Below the pieces are notes generated by a model. That model was not told the origin of the DNA. It was given only the letters and a program-made list of their open reading frames with translations, and did no database searches. Shown here piece after piece: positions 51,050 to 63,415 of a stretch of 64,000 nt of DNA. The stretch is taken from the NCBI GenBank assembly GCA_964016885.1, contig OZ024740.1, positions 219,108,001 through 219,172,000 of the forward strand, in the 5' to 3' direction. The DNA is from Eledone cirrhosa (taxonomy: Eukaryota). The position numbers and the translations under genes were made by a program. How positions within the stretch are numbered: position 1 is the first letter of the stretch; each line of letters begins with the position of its first letter.

Positions 51050-51541
51050 AGTACATAGTGAAAACAAAACAGTGCAATTAAATTTTTGCAGAAAAAAATG
51101 TGTATTTTTTACTAATTATAGTGTATATATACTGTACATATCACTGGAAATATACAGTAATACTAAATGTTAATACAGAATGTTATAATTGAAGTTTTAA
51201 ATAATAATTGTGAATGTATAGTATACTGTATAGTATACTGTCTTATCTTCTCCAATAAAAAGTATACACATCCAGAGGCTTTCAATAATGACCTTTGGTC
51301 TTTCACACTCACTCAATATATATATCTTGGAGTGTGTGTATGTGTACATGTACATGTGTATATAGAGATTTATATATATGTATACATGTGTACAACTTGT
51401 ACAAACATTATTTGACTCTTTCTCTCTAGGGACTTTAGACTGAAGAACTGACCACTAATTGATTTTACCTATGTCTTTAACCCATTGATATAAAACATTA
51501 TTTGGCTAGCAGCTCATGGCAGCTTGTGTGCATGTGTAAGT

Positions 51542-51614
<73 letters not shown>

Positions 51615-51650
51615 TTAAAAGAATAGAGGTGTAACACACAAGTTATTATA

Positions 51651-52046
51651 TATTGGTAAACGGAATAGAAAATGCTGACAAATTGTTCACAGTTGAAAAA
51701 TGGTTTAATTAGGAATAAAAAAGTATTAGTGATTGTATGGGTTAGTATTCAGTTGTGGTTTTAAGTTTTTACCGGTTGCGCATTTCTAAATGCTCTTCAA
51801 AAATAATTTTGAGATAGAGTGTCCGTGCTATTTGCTCTGATCCGAGCAAACAGATCAGAGCAAACCGCACGGACACTCTATCTCAAAATTATTTTTGAAA
51901 AGCATTTAGAAATGCGCAACCGGTAAAAACTTAAAAACTTAAAACCACAACTGAATACTAACCCATACAATCACTAATACTCTTTTATTCCTAATTAAAC
52001 CATTTTTCAACTGTGAACAATTTGTCAGCATTTTCTATTCTGTTTA

Positions 52047-52052
<6 letters not shown>
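51651..52052. repeat. About 400-bp near-perfect palindrome between (TA)n tracts, each arm with an HHR-like motif
   Basis: Arms of about 190 bp (51651-51842 and 51853-52052); motif TTGAAGA-gcattt...aaatgc-GCAA-ccgg-TA. Confidence 0.92.
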
Positions 52053-52101
<49 letters not shown>

Positions 52102-52169
52102 AAGTTATTCCGGGTTGAATCGGAGGTAGCCACAGTAAATAAGGTACTCAATACATAGCAGAGTATAAA

Positions 52170-52219
52170 AGTTTTAATATAGAAGAGCTTTTAATATGAA
52201 GCTCTTCTATATTAAAACT
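52170..52219. repeat. Perfect 21-bp inverted repeat with 8-nt loop
   Basis: agttttaatatagaagagctt/aagctcttctatattaaaact; the upstream 70 bp is homologous to 40358-40425. Confidence 0.92.
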
Positions 52220-52493
52220 ATATATATATATATATATATATATACACGTGTGTGTGTGTGTCCATGTATGTATGCATGCATGAATGAATACAGTAAGCCA
52301 GTGACTATCACATATTTTGGTTTCTATTAATTCCCTAGGGAATTGACATTTTTTTAAAAGATATTTTTCGAAAGCAAAGCATTGGCCCCTAAAATACCAC
52401 AGTGGGACCCTGCAATGCTACCGTGGTCCCTGTAGTGCTACTGTGGGAAACCTGGCAACCTGGACAGTCCAACACTGGCTTAATCTTCTAAAG

Positions 52494-52871
52494 CAGCATT
52501 TCTCAACCATTTTACCTTTGAAGAAATCCTGAAATAGTTTTCACATCTCAGGAAACCTTTGCATAAAAATTATTATACACCATTATTAATATAGTTAATT
52601 TTTTTTATTGTTTCTGTCTATGTGCATTTTACTAGCAGTGTAGTGATGGGTAATGACCTAGTTTTAAATAATACAAGAGGTTGAAGCCTTTATTATAATA
52701 ACCAAAGATATTTTGACATTATGTTGTACGTGTATAGTTAAATTAGGAATTTAAAATTAAACAAAAATTACTCAAAAATGCATTAGCTTATTTATCACTG
52801 TTTCTTGCAGAACTCTTAGTGATCTTTGGCAGAACCCTAGGGTTCTGGGGAACACTGTTTGAGAAACGCTG
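52494..52871. mobile_element. hAT (Charlie-like) MITE
   Basis: TIR cagcatttctcaa/ttgagaaacgctg; subterminal 'gaaccctagggttc'; no clear TSD. Confidence 0.65.
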
Positions 52872-53396
52872 GTTGCTCTATAGAATTCTCATGTGAAATT
52901 TTCACCAAATTCATTGCATCACTGGTAGAAGCCTATTGCTCAACTGGTGAGTACCAGACAACTCATTAGATGTGAAACACCCAATCTTAGTCTTCTTAAG
53001 AGCCCTTAATTCTTGATGAAGTCATAGGGGTACCGTCCTGACATGCAATATGTCATGGGCATTTTAAAACCTGGTGGAATTCATCCTTCTTCAGGCTGAA
53101 ACACAGCCAATTTCTTCCAGAGAAAAATAGATAGACAGACAGGCAGATAGATAGATAGATAGATTTCTTTATTTGTCACAAGGGTGCACAAGAAAAGAGG
53201 GCAATACAAAGACATGCCAAGGATTTTACATACAGTCATGTAAAAAATATAAAACAAACAATTACAACAATCGAAATCCCCAATAGGAAGGAGACGCCAC
53301 AAATGGGTTGTTTAATACCCCGTCGATAGAACAACCCTCAACTTCAGGAGCTTGTTGTGCAAGTGCTCCTTTTTTCCTTTTGCTCTCTTCTTTAAC

Positions 53397-55977
53397 TTAC
53401 AGGCTTATAAACAGAAAAGGCCCAATCACTCGGGCCATTTTCGCTTCATTCACCCACCTTTCAGTAAATTTAGTGGGGTGTAGTACCTCTCTCTCCACTC
53501 TGATTCTCCTTTTAAAGTGATACTTAAAGAAGAGAATCAATTGTTGTCCGGAGAGAAAAGCATCTGTCCTCAGTCCTCTCAATCTCGTCCACCATATAAC
53601 TTCTTTCACCATAGCCACTGTACAGAGGAAAACTGCCTTTCTTTCGTTTTTGAAAGAGGCTGGCGGTTTGATCCTTACTATGGACTCGGCAGTCAACTGG
53701 ATTTGTCTCATACGCGATAGCAGTTGTTCTGCATAGTTCCACAGGTCGGTTACGCCCGGGAAGTGTACAATTGCGTGCAGGACTGTTTCAATGTCATGCA
53801 CGCATCTTGGACACGTCCTCTTGGAAGGATCCCTGCCGGGGCGTCCGTGCCTGTAGATCTTGTCACGAACAGGTAGAGCTCATCGGTAGCACTGCCAGGC
53901 CAGGGACCTCTGGAAGTTGTCCATAGGTCCCGGGCGGAAAGTCCTACCAAACAGACTGGTGAGCTCATCGTCTTCTACGCCCAGAGTCTCTCCGAGCATG
54001 TCGTCGCCCTTGTAACGTACAATCCCTCTATAGAATGTCGAAGTGGAGTCTCCACCGATTGCTGCGCCCGCTTGCCAGAGGACTGTGAGCGCCTGAGCGC
54101 ATTCAATGTGCCAGGCACCCATCGTTTTCGGTCTTTTCTTGACCCAGGACTGCAGCTCCGTCAGCGAGACGAGCTGTGGGAAAGCCTGTCTCACAAACGG
54201 TACCCACACTGGTTGGGGGTCGGTGAGGAATACCTGGAGATGCCGCATGTTTGCGCATCATCAGCCACGGCATTCCCAGCCCTCCATTGGAAGGGTGCTG
54301 ACAGCAGACTGATCTCACCAGCGGAGCCTGCTTCTTTCACAGAAACTGGAAGAGCATGCGTTCCATCTTGGCGAGGTGTTCACGGGGACAAGGCACGACA
54401 GTCAAGCAGTAGTAGATGACGGATGCTATGAAAGTGTTCGCCACCTCCGCTCGACCTTTCAAGGACAGTTTGCACTCTGCCCACTTCTGGGTGAGCGCAC
54501 ACACCTTGGCCAGACCTCGTTCCAGTTTTTCTCCACCTGGAGGTCTGGACCGAACCAGACCCCGAGCAATTTCACCGGTCCGTCCGTCCAGCGTCCAACG
54601 ACGCTGTCGGACGTCATTGGTTTGCCTCTCCACGTCCCGAGTTGCAAACCGACAGACTTGTCCGGGTTTAGTTTTACTCCCGTCAGCGTTTCGTATTCTT
54701 TCAGTAAGTTGCCGATCACCCCGATTTCCGAGGTGCTTGACACCATTACCGTCACATCGTCGGCATAAGCCGACGCCACTTTGCGCAGTCCCGGTTGTAG
54801 AGGGATGCCCTGCAACAGCTCCAATTTCCGCAGTAGTGGCTCTAGAGTCAATACATACAGAATGGAGGAGAGAGGGTACCCCTGTCGAATGGAACGCGTG
54901 ATTGCGAACAGCTCTAATAGGTAGCCGTTCACCTTGATGCTCGAGCAGATGCTGGTGTGCATCGCCTCGATCCAGCCTCTGAAAACGGGACCGAAACCGG
55001 CCACCTTGAGAACCGTTTCCAAGTATCGATGGTCGACCCTATCGAATGCCTTAGACTGATCCAAGTTGATCAGAGCCCCACCGAAGCCGGGTTTACTACC
55101 CACCCTCTCTATGATGTATCGCGTGAGGGGAGGTTGTCGTGTATGAACCTGGTCGGGATTGCACACATTTGCGCTTTCCCTACCACGTTCTCGACGACAA
55201 GCGCCAACCTCGTCGCTAGCATCTTGGCCAAAATCTTTAATTCTGTGTTGAGCAGAGTTATGGGCCTGAAGTTGTTAATTTCGTTCCCCTTGTTCTCGTC
55301 TTTCCTGATCAGCGTTACTACGCCCTTGCCTGCAGAACTGGGAATTCTCCCGTTCTGCTGCCAATTGCAGTAGACGGCCTCGAGGACGCCAGAGAACAAG
55401 TACGGCATACCTATGTAAAACTCATAGGGTAGACCATCTAGACCTGGTGACTTGCGTTTCCCGCAGTGGCCCAGAGCGTCCCGTATCTCAGTGTCTGTGT
55501 CAGTCTTTCGCAGAACTCGGCGTCCGTGTTCGAGAGACGCGGCAGGCCGTCGAGGTATGAACTAAAGTCCATTACCCCGTTCGGCTCACCGTTGTTCTGC
55601 TCAAACAGTCGCACAAAGTGCTGCTGAAAGGCCGCGCACATTTGCTTGGGTTCAAGTAGCACGCGTCCGTTTTGGTCTTTTAAAGACCGAATCGTGGACT
55701 TGTTGCCACTTTTTGCCTCCGCCACTCAGGCCCAGCTGACAGCTTTCGCTCCTTCGTTTCCTAGAGCACGTGTTTTGCTTCTGACCACGCAGCCTTTGTG
55801 TTTCGCATCGAAGAACTGGTCTAGTGCCGTTCTCGACGCTAACACTCTAGCCGTGTTGCCACTTCTAAGTGCCTCCTCTACCTTGGCTACTAGTTTTCTT
55901 TCTATTTTGTTTTTCTCTAAGGCTAACTCTCTGCCAAACTCTATCGGTTCTACTCTAATTGCTTTCTTGAGAGAGTA
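53397..55977 (-). pseudogene. Tx1-like ORF2: RT and C-terminal Cys/His domain, multiple frameshifts
   Basis: NFRPITLLNTELKILAK, LDQSKAFDRVDH, IRQGYPLS, AYADD, LSLKGRAEV, ETVLHA. Confidence 0.9.
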
Positions 55978-56799
55978 CTACCATTTATTGTTGACGATGG
56001 CTCCCGTTAGCTGTTGCTTGACTAGTCTACTTATCCATTCACTGTAAGCTTTACGTGCCGGCAACGACACGTTCAGCTTCCAGTATCCGGGTCCCTGTCT
56101 ATGTATTCTATCACGGTTGACTAAGCATACGACTAATTTGTGATCTGAGTAGGCAACCATGTGCATTCGAGGACAGCTTAACATCTCCTTGTCCCTTTCT
56201 CTAATGAAGAACCTATCTAAATACGATCTAGATGTCCCGCTGCGGTTTACCCACGTCCACTGTGGTGCAGTCGGGAAATCCAGTCGATACCTATCGGCCA
56301 GTTGGAATTGGCCGATTAAAGTTTTGAGGCTGTTGTACCCCCCTCTACTGGGACATGCTCCCACATAGTCCCATCGTGCATCTAGGATACCATTCCAGTC
56401 CCCCACTAAAAGTAAGGAGCGAGATGTTCCCAGATGCTTAAAGAAGTCTGGCCGTGATTGCGATTGCCCGGTCGGGGCATAAACGGCCACCAGTCTGAAG
56501 GCTCCACCTCCAATATGGTTGACGTCTAGGACTACCAGTCTACCCTCCGGGTCCAAGTGTACTTGCTGTACTTCGACGTCCATGACAGCCACTCCCCCTC
56601 CACCTCCTGGCTGACAGAGAGATGCGTAGATCTCAAAGTCATCGAAGATGGGGGTTAGTTGCTGCCTGTTGTGGATCCTGGACTCGGTGATGGCTATCAC
56701 ATCCATACCGTGTGACCTAAGGTCGTTTAAAAGTTGGCCCTGTTTCCAGGGCATCCCTAGGCCACGCATATTCACGCTTCCAACTCGTAAACTAGCCAT
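55978..56799 (-). pseudogene. Tx1-like ORF2: APE-type endonuclease
   Basis: SVNMRGL, AITES, VYAP, LVGDWN, SYLDRF, SDH, GPGYWKLN. Confidence 0.92.
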
Positions 56800-57133
56800 G
56801 CTGGTGAAGAAATTTGGAGAAAAAGGACGAAAAGGTGCACTTACCTTTTCGTTTCCTGGATATCGAGTTGTTCAATCTCCATTTGGGTGCTGGATGGGGT
56901 GGGGAAACATTTTAATAGTTGATGGGTTTCTGGCAGGGGTTGCCCACGTCCTGTGAACATTTATTTTTCAGGTCACTATAGGTCTCCATAGAAACCCTTA
57001 TAAGTTTAAGGTGTAGAGACGATTATGCTTTGACGAAAGTTTTGCCCTCTGTCTCCACCTTGGGCTTCTGGGAGATGACCTCCATCAAACTCTTGTTGTT
57101 TGTGTTGATGTATACGTATTGCTGTTTGTGTTT

Positions 57134-58561
57134 TTATTGTGTTGTTTTAGTTTGTTGTTCGTCCGGGAGTTTTCTTTTTATGGTGGGTGCTTGTGTTTGG
57201 GGTGGTGTTGGTGTTGGTTTTGCTGGTAGGAGGATGTTTGACTGTGGTGTTGTTGTTTGTGTCTGTGGTTGTGTGTTGGTGTTGGTGATTGGAGTTTTGG
57301 GGGTTTTGTGGTGTCTCTTTTTTTGTTTTTTAGATTTCCAAGGCTCTTCTTCACTTAAAGAAGGAGAAGCAGCCTCATCTGTTGATGAATAATCATCGTT
57401 AGGAGTGTGGGTAGGGGTATGTTGTGTGGTGGTGGTGTTTCGGTGTGTGTGTTTGTGGTAGTGTTTGATGGAGTGGGATGGGATGTTGTCTGTGTTTTTT
57501 CTGTTGTTGTTGTTGGTTGAGTGGCTGTTTGTTTTGGTGTGTTTGCTCGTTTCGTCTGTTGTTGTACTTGTGGTGGTGGTGGTTGTTGGTGTTGGTAATA
57601 GTGTTTTTTTAATGATGTTGTGGTGTGTTTGTGAAGGACAGGAGGCTTTTAGGTGTGCTGTGCTACCACAGCGAAAGCAATGAAGTTTTAGAGCCTCCAC
57701 CGTAATGTTTATTTTGTTGTTGTCGTCGATGACGACTTTTTCGGGTATTTTGGAGATTCTCTCCGGCCTCATTTGAATCAGAATCTCCAAATCAGTACCC
57801 GCCCACCTTTGTCTAATAGACTTTCGTATCGAAAGAATCATATCAGTCTCTGGCTCTACGAAGCCAGCCAAGATCCACCAGATGTTAATGTTTGGTGGTA
57901 TATGTTTTATTTTTATTTTTTGTGTCCTTTTTCATATGTACGTAGGGAAAAAGGTGAGTGATTTTGACACCATTGGTGTCACAGAATGTTTTTGGGCGAG
58001 TGCCTCGCTTTTAAACAGTACGGAAACACTTCCGTACTGTTTTCCTCGTTGGAGAAAGTTAATATTTGCTAGAGTCTCCTTGAAGGTGGCTTCTATATCT
58101 GCTTGACTAACAAATATCGGCTTTCTCGTTGTGTTGGAGACAGTCCTAAAGGTCACTGTCCTTCGAACTGTCTCTTCTTTTATTTCGAGGGGTGAGTTAA
58201 TTCTAAACCCACTCTTGTCTTCGAAAGTCACAAATTTTCTCCCTTGCTGGAGCATATCCCTTGCATTGGAGATGTCAAGATTTATAAAATCTTGTTTTTT
58301 GTTCAGTTTCAGCGAAAGACTGTTTTTTTGTGTGGTGTTGCTGTTGTTGTTGTTGTTGTTGCTGTTGTTGTTGTTATCGTTGTTAGCCTCGGTGTTGGAA
58401 ATCTCAGTTCCTTGACGAGGTGAAACTTTATGTGTAGATGTATCTGTGGAGTTGTTGATGTTGTCTTTTTCATGTGTATGTATGTTAATAGGTTTAATTC
58501 CTGTGTGTTTCCTGTGTGTTATATTTCTCCGCTTCGACGGTAGAAATTTTAAAATCTTCAA
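57134..58561 (-). pseudogene. Tx1-like ORF1 (CCHC knuckle, low-complexity tail), frameshifted
   Basis: CFRCGSTAHLKASC knuckle; lies upstream of the endonuclease on the same strand. Confidence 0.75.
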
Positions 58562-59899
58562 GTGGTAATATTTTGTTCTCTTTGTTGACAGTCGTATCTA
58601 TGGCGACGTCCATAGTAGCAGAAGCAGATATAACGTTAATATATGCCTCCCTACCCCTCTTCTCTCTCTCGACGTTCTCTAGCGTTCTTTCCGAGTTATT
58701 CAGGTTTTATAGTTGGCAAAATTTTATATTTTAAAACAATTTTTGATTACCACCCAGCTTACAATTCAGCTTGGGGGTTAATCTACAAAATGATATGTTT
58801 TTTCAAACAATTAGTTCGGTTTTTTGCATAAAAATTAACAAAAAAGCTTACCGGCAATGTTTCACGTGTCAGGCAGATAAAGAGATAGATAGATATATAT
58901 ATAGATAGATAGATAGACTGATAGCTAGGCAGATAGATATGAAGAGAGAGAGAGAGAGAGTAAAAGGGGAGAGAGAGAAACAGAGACAGAGAGAAAATTG
59001 ATCCCTGTACAGGACTGGTACTTTATTAACCTTGGTAGGATTTGAACTCAGAACATAGTGAGCTAGAATAAATGTCAAGGTATCTTTAATCCCATGCTGT
59101 AACAACTCTGCTAATTTACCATCTTTCTATTAATGAAACAAACTATAAATATCAGTGCCTCCTGACAAAAGATGATTACATCTGCTCACTTTTCCAGAAT
59201 CTTTGTCAATACCACCACCTTAGTGTATGTCTGTGCTTCATCAACAATCCATGTCAAATGGTGTTGACAGTAGATGGACTGTCAGACCAGTGGAATGTGT
59301 CCTTTCCTCATGAAGCAAAATAGCAGATACTTGGATAGCTTTGGTTAACCTCTCGACTGCTGCATATATTTTACACAACTACAGTTGCTGTGCTGTGTTT
59401 TTTTTTTTTTTTTAGTAAAATGACTTTTTTTAAAACAAACATTTATTAACAACACATATCTAAATGATTGACAAACATCACATCAATAAACTAGTCACCC
59501 TCTCTAGTTTTGAAGTTATGAACAGTTGGAAACGAGTTCATAACTTTGAAGTTATGAACTGTTGGAAAAGATTTCAAACATGTTAGGATGAGTTATCTCA
59601 TCTACAACACTGAAGAGGTTAAACTATATGCAAAATAACAACATACTGATTTGTTGAACTGTTATTTATTGGATGACAAACATTGACAAGCATAAGAAAG
59701 AGTGAACTACCCCTAAACTCCAGATCTTGTTACCTGCCTCGCAGGATGTCTATTTTCTCCTGCTTAGTTCAATAACAAGTCCGCAGTAAAGGACCACCAT
59801 CAACAGTTCGTCTTTTACAAGCTCGCGGGCAATGTTCTACACTTGAATCAGGTCTGAGGAAAACTAAGGCAAGGCACAACAGTTACATATTAATTCATA

Positions 59900-59981
59900 A
59901 TTGTTTCTACTTTTTGGCACAAGGCCAGCAATTACCCAGTACATTACTGGTACTTTATTTTATTGACCCCGTAAGGATGAA
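59900..59981 (-). mobile_element. 5'-truncated family A SINE with a 21-bp TSD
   Basis: agttacatattaattcataat (59881-59901) and agttacgtattaattcataat (59982-60002). Confidence 0.85.
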
Positions 59982-60442
59982 AGTTACGTATTAATTCATA
60001 ATGGAAGCAGATCAATGTAGGAAGGAGTTCTAGGCGTTTTCCACTTCTGCTTGAACTTTTGAGGATAGATTTCTCTCTGAAACAACAAGGTGAAAAGATA
60101 AGGGGAAAATGACAATAACATCATTACCATCACCAATATCATAAACATTACTAAAACAATATTTCCTCCCAGTTTTTCTATCCCTGCTGGTATCACAAAT
60201 ACATTCAGTTTATTGCATGTGTTCTAATATTGTCAGCACTTAAAGCATGTGGTGGTGTTTGTAAACAATACTTCCCATAGTTTAGTAGTTTGACAAAGAT
60301 AAGTGGTATTGTATAACATGTTTAAAATTTAAGTAGGGTTTGACACCAGGAAAGCATTCAACTGTAAGATGAAAACTACCTAAAAAAAAGATTTCATCCA
60401 TCCTATGTCAGCATAGAAAAACAGATGTGAAAATTGTGATCA

Positions 60443-60555
60443 TGATGATGGTGATGATAATGATGATGATGATGATGATGACGACGGCGATGATGATGAT
60501 GATGATGACAATGATGATGATGATGACAATGATGATGATGATGATGATGATGATT
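60443..60555. repeat. (GAT)n tail of an old RTE-type 3' end (from about 60340)
   Basis: 'aggaaagcattcaactgtaa...tgtcagcatagaaaaacagatgtgaaa' followed by the GAT array. Confidence 0.75.
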
Positions 60556-61889
60556 TAAGAAATGTTTAAAGAATTACTTAAAAATATAATTTGACAGAAT
60601 TAAAAAAAAATTTTGTACATGAATCTTGATTATGTTTTCACAAATTAATTAGGGGTAGGAGAAAATATTACAGAAATATTTTTCTTTCTCTTATTCTCTT
60701 CCTTGTTTTGACAGATTCGGCTGATTTGTAGAAAGAAGATCTTGTCAATTAAACTAACATGAACAGAAATATTTTGTAATGAGAGAGGCAAAATTAATGG
60801 AAATACAATAGCATTCATTACTGAGGTGGCAGTGGTGGAGAGGGTATATTTTTCAATTAACACTAATTTGGTTGTAGACATGGTGGTCCCTGTGTCAGCA
60901 AAGAATTATACAGTAAAGTTCAGAAATTTTGATAAACTAGTATTTTTTTCAACACACTAATGTGTATGTGTATATGTGTGTGAGTGTGTGTGTATGTGCA
61001 TATGCATACATTTATATGTATGAGTGTATAAATATAAACACACAAACACACGCATACACATACACGCTCACACAGCATAGCAAATGGAATGCCAGTTGCT
61101 GATTTGCTATAGCTTTTTCACCATCCCCCTTCCTTCCTTTTACACACATACACACACATTATGTGATGGACAGATGGACAGAAGTTGCTCAAATTTATAC
61201 ATATGGTGAAGGAAGGCTAGATCAGCTACGAGGTAGTCAGCTGATCTACTTGGCATGGGTCTAAATTGTTGAGGGTGGAGGGGTGTGTGAGAGGGACTAC
61301 TTTCTATAAGTTCTCATTCTGTTATTCTGCTTTGATACTTGTAACAGCATCATGTACACTACAGGTCCTCATATATAACCATTACAAAAATACTTAATGA
61401 ATGTTCTTTTAAATAAGGCCTATATTTCACATCTGGCCTGGACTTATTACTAGCTTTGGGGGCCCAACATTTCACAGTCTAAATCAGGCCTATTACCAGC
61501 TTTGTAGGGTAGAGCCACATTTTACATCTGGCCTGGGTTTATTAATAACTATGGTGGGTGGTGGTTACATTTATTATCTGTACTGGGCCCATTCCCAGCT
61601 GGCAGGGATAGAGGTGTGTGTGTGTATCCTACATTTTATATCTTATGCCTCCAGCCTCATTTTTTCCCCCACCTCTGTATATTTGCCTTTCTGTCCCTCC
61701 CTCAACATTGTGCTTCACACTCCCACATTCCTAATTCACCTTCCTTGACAATATGGAGGAAAGATGTGCTCCCTACTTCCTCCCATATATCTAATTCTCT
61801 CCTTTGTCCAGTCATGCCTCACAATATACCACCACACACAACTCACTCTCTTCTAAGCTACCTCCATAATCTGATTCTTCTTCTCCTAC

Positions 61890-62430
61890 CAGTTCACCCT
61901 GTAAGGTGGTCATTCTGGTGGAATGACAAAAGGCACCTAGTCCACTTTGTAAGGAGGTAATGCTGGTGGCATGACAAAAAGCACCCAGTCAACATTTAAA
62001 GTGGTAATGCTGGTGCCAAGACAAAATGCACTCAGTCTACTCTGTTAGGTGGTAGTGCTAGTGCCATTACAAAAAAGCACCCAGTCCACCCTGTAATATG
62101 GTAGTACTTGTACCATGATAAAAAACACCCAGTCCACCCTGTAATATGGTAGTACTGGTGCCATGATAAAAAGCATCCAGTCCACCCTGTAATATGGTAA
62201 TAATGGGGCCATGACAAAAAACATCCAGCCTGCCTTGTCAGATGGCAGTGTTCCTGGTATACACTGTAAAGAGACAAGCATTAGTAAAGGCATCCAGCTC
62301 TAGAAATCAATTCCAAAACAGAGCATATGAGCAAGATATGGACACCTGTTCAGTCTAGTCTCCGTATGTGACAACCTGTCTAACACACGCAAGCATAGAA
62401 AATATATGTTAAAAGATGATGATGATGGTG
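61890..62430 (+). mobile_element. RTE-type 3' UTR with an expanded 42-bp module array
   Basis: About eight modules of 'aaaaagcacccagtccaccctgtaatatggtagtactggtgccatga', then 'aagggcatccagct...' and (GAT)n. Confidence 0.8.
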
Positions 62431-62623
62431 AGGAATGTGTCGATGGTATAAGAATTGGTGCCAATCCTTATCAATTCTTAAGTTAGACTCCAAACATTTA
62501 ATAAAATCTCTTCATATGTTTGTACTGAGGTCCTTAAGGGGCCAATGGTTCTCCTGAACAAGGTTGATAGGGGAGTCGACAATCCTTTAACTGGGAAACA
62601 TGACTAGCCTGTCTATATCCACT

Positions 62624-62745
<122 letters not shown>

Positions 62746-62798
62746 GACGTAAAATAAGAAAATTTTAAAAATAAAAAATGAACTTACTAAAATTTTCA

Positions 62799-62878
62799 CT
62801 CCAACTAATTAGTTTCTGTAAGGGAATAAATATAGTTACGTAATGTAACTATAGAGAAGTCCTTACGTCATCAGGGAG
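62799..62878 (-). ncRNA. Type I hammerhead ribozyme with extended stem II
   Basis: ctcc-CTGATGA-cgtaagg...tatagttac/gtaactata...ccttaca-GAAA-ctaattag-TT-ggag. Confidence 0.85.
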
Positions 62879-63335
62879 CCTATTCTCAGCTAAGTTCCCA
62901 GGCAATGCGCGGACACTAGGAACCCATATAAAATAATAATTCAGTGGATGGAATAAAGCTAGCGGGGACTAAATTCCAGGGCACTGAAAAAATTCACTGC
63001 CTACTTGGTCAGTGGCAAATTCTAAAGAATCAATCACGTGACACTGAGGTTAATCAGTTAGGAGTGGGGTGGTATTATGACAAGAGCCTAACTACTACCA
63101 TGAACCATAGCAGTAAATTTTGGCAGGTTTCGCTCAACAAATAATTTGGAGATAAATATAGAGAATTAGTATATCTACCAACATATGTATACAGATGTAT
63201 ACCCATGCTAGCCAATATATATGTTATGTCTTAGTACCTTTGTGGTTCTATGCAGGGGATGCAGAATAATTATATGAAAGACGTAAAATAAGAAAATTTT
63301 AAAAATAAAAAATTAACTACTTACTAAAATTTTCA

Positions 63336-63415
63336 CTCCAACTAATTAGTTTCTGTAAGGGAATAAATATAGTAACGTAATGTAACTATAGAGAAGTCCT
63401 TACGTCATCAGGGAG
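63336..63415 (-). ncRNA. Type I hammerhead ribozyme, second tandem copy
   Basis: Same motif, offset by 537 bp from the first copy. Confidence 0.85.

Larger units (their letters stand above)
45959..52477. mobile_element. hAT-like non-autonomous element hosting the LTR element and hairpin cassettes
   Basis: Imperfect TIR cagtggtggactg/cagtccaacactg, subterminal 'ggttgccagg' at both ends, and flanks gtttaacc/gcttaatc (6 of 8 match, likely 8-bp TSD). Confidence 0.6.
53150..58869 (-). mobile_element. Full-length L1-clade Tx1-like LINE, decayed
   Basis: ORF1 plus ORF2 (APE-RT-Cys); TSD caggcagata at 53140-53149 and 58870-58879; 3' AATAAA followed by (ATCT)n. Confidence 0.9.

Noticed and set aside
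53880-57961. Plus-strand ORFs of 100-160 aa over the Tx1 element (and similar ORFs over the Gypsy element)
   Set aside because: They are antisense shadows of GC-richer retroelement coding sequence.
61930-62240. CRISPR-like regularly spaced repeats
   Set aside because: The whole 42-bp unit is repeated with no unique spacers, there are no cas genes, and it belongs to an RTE 3' UTR.
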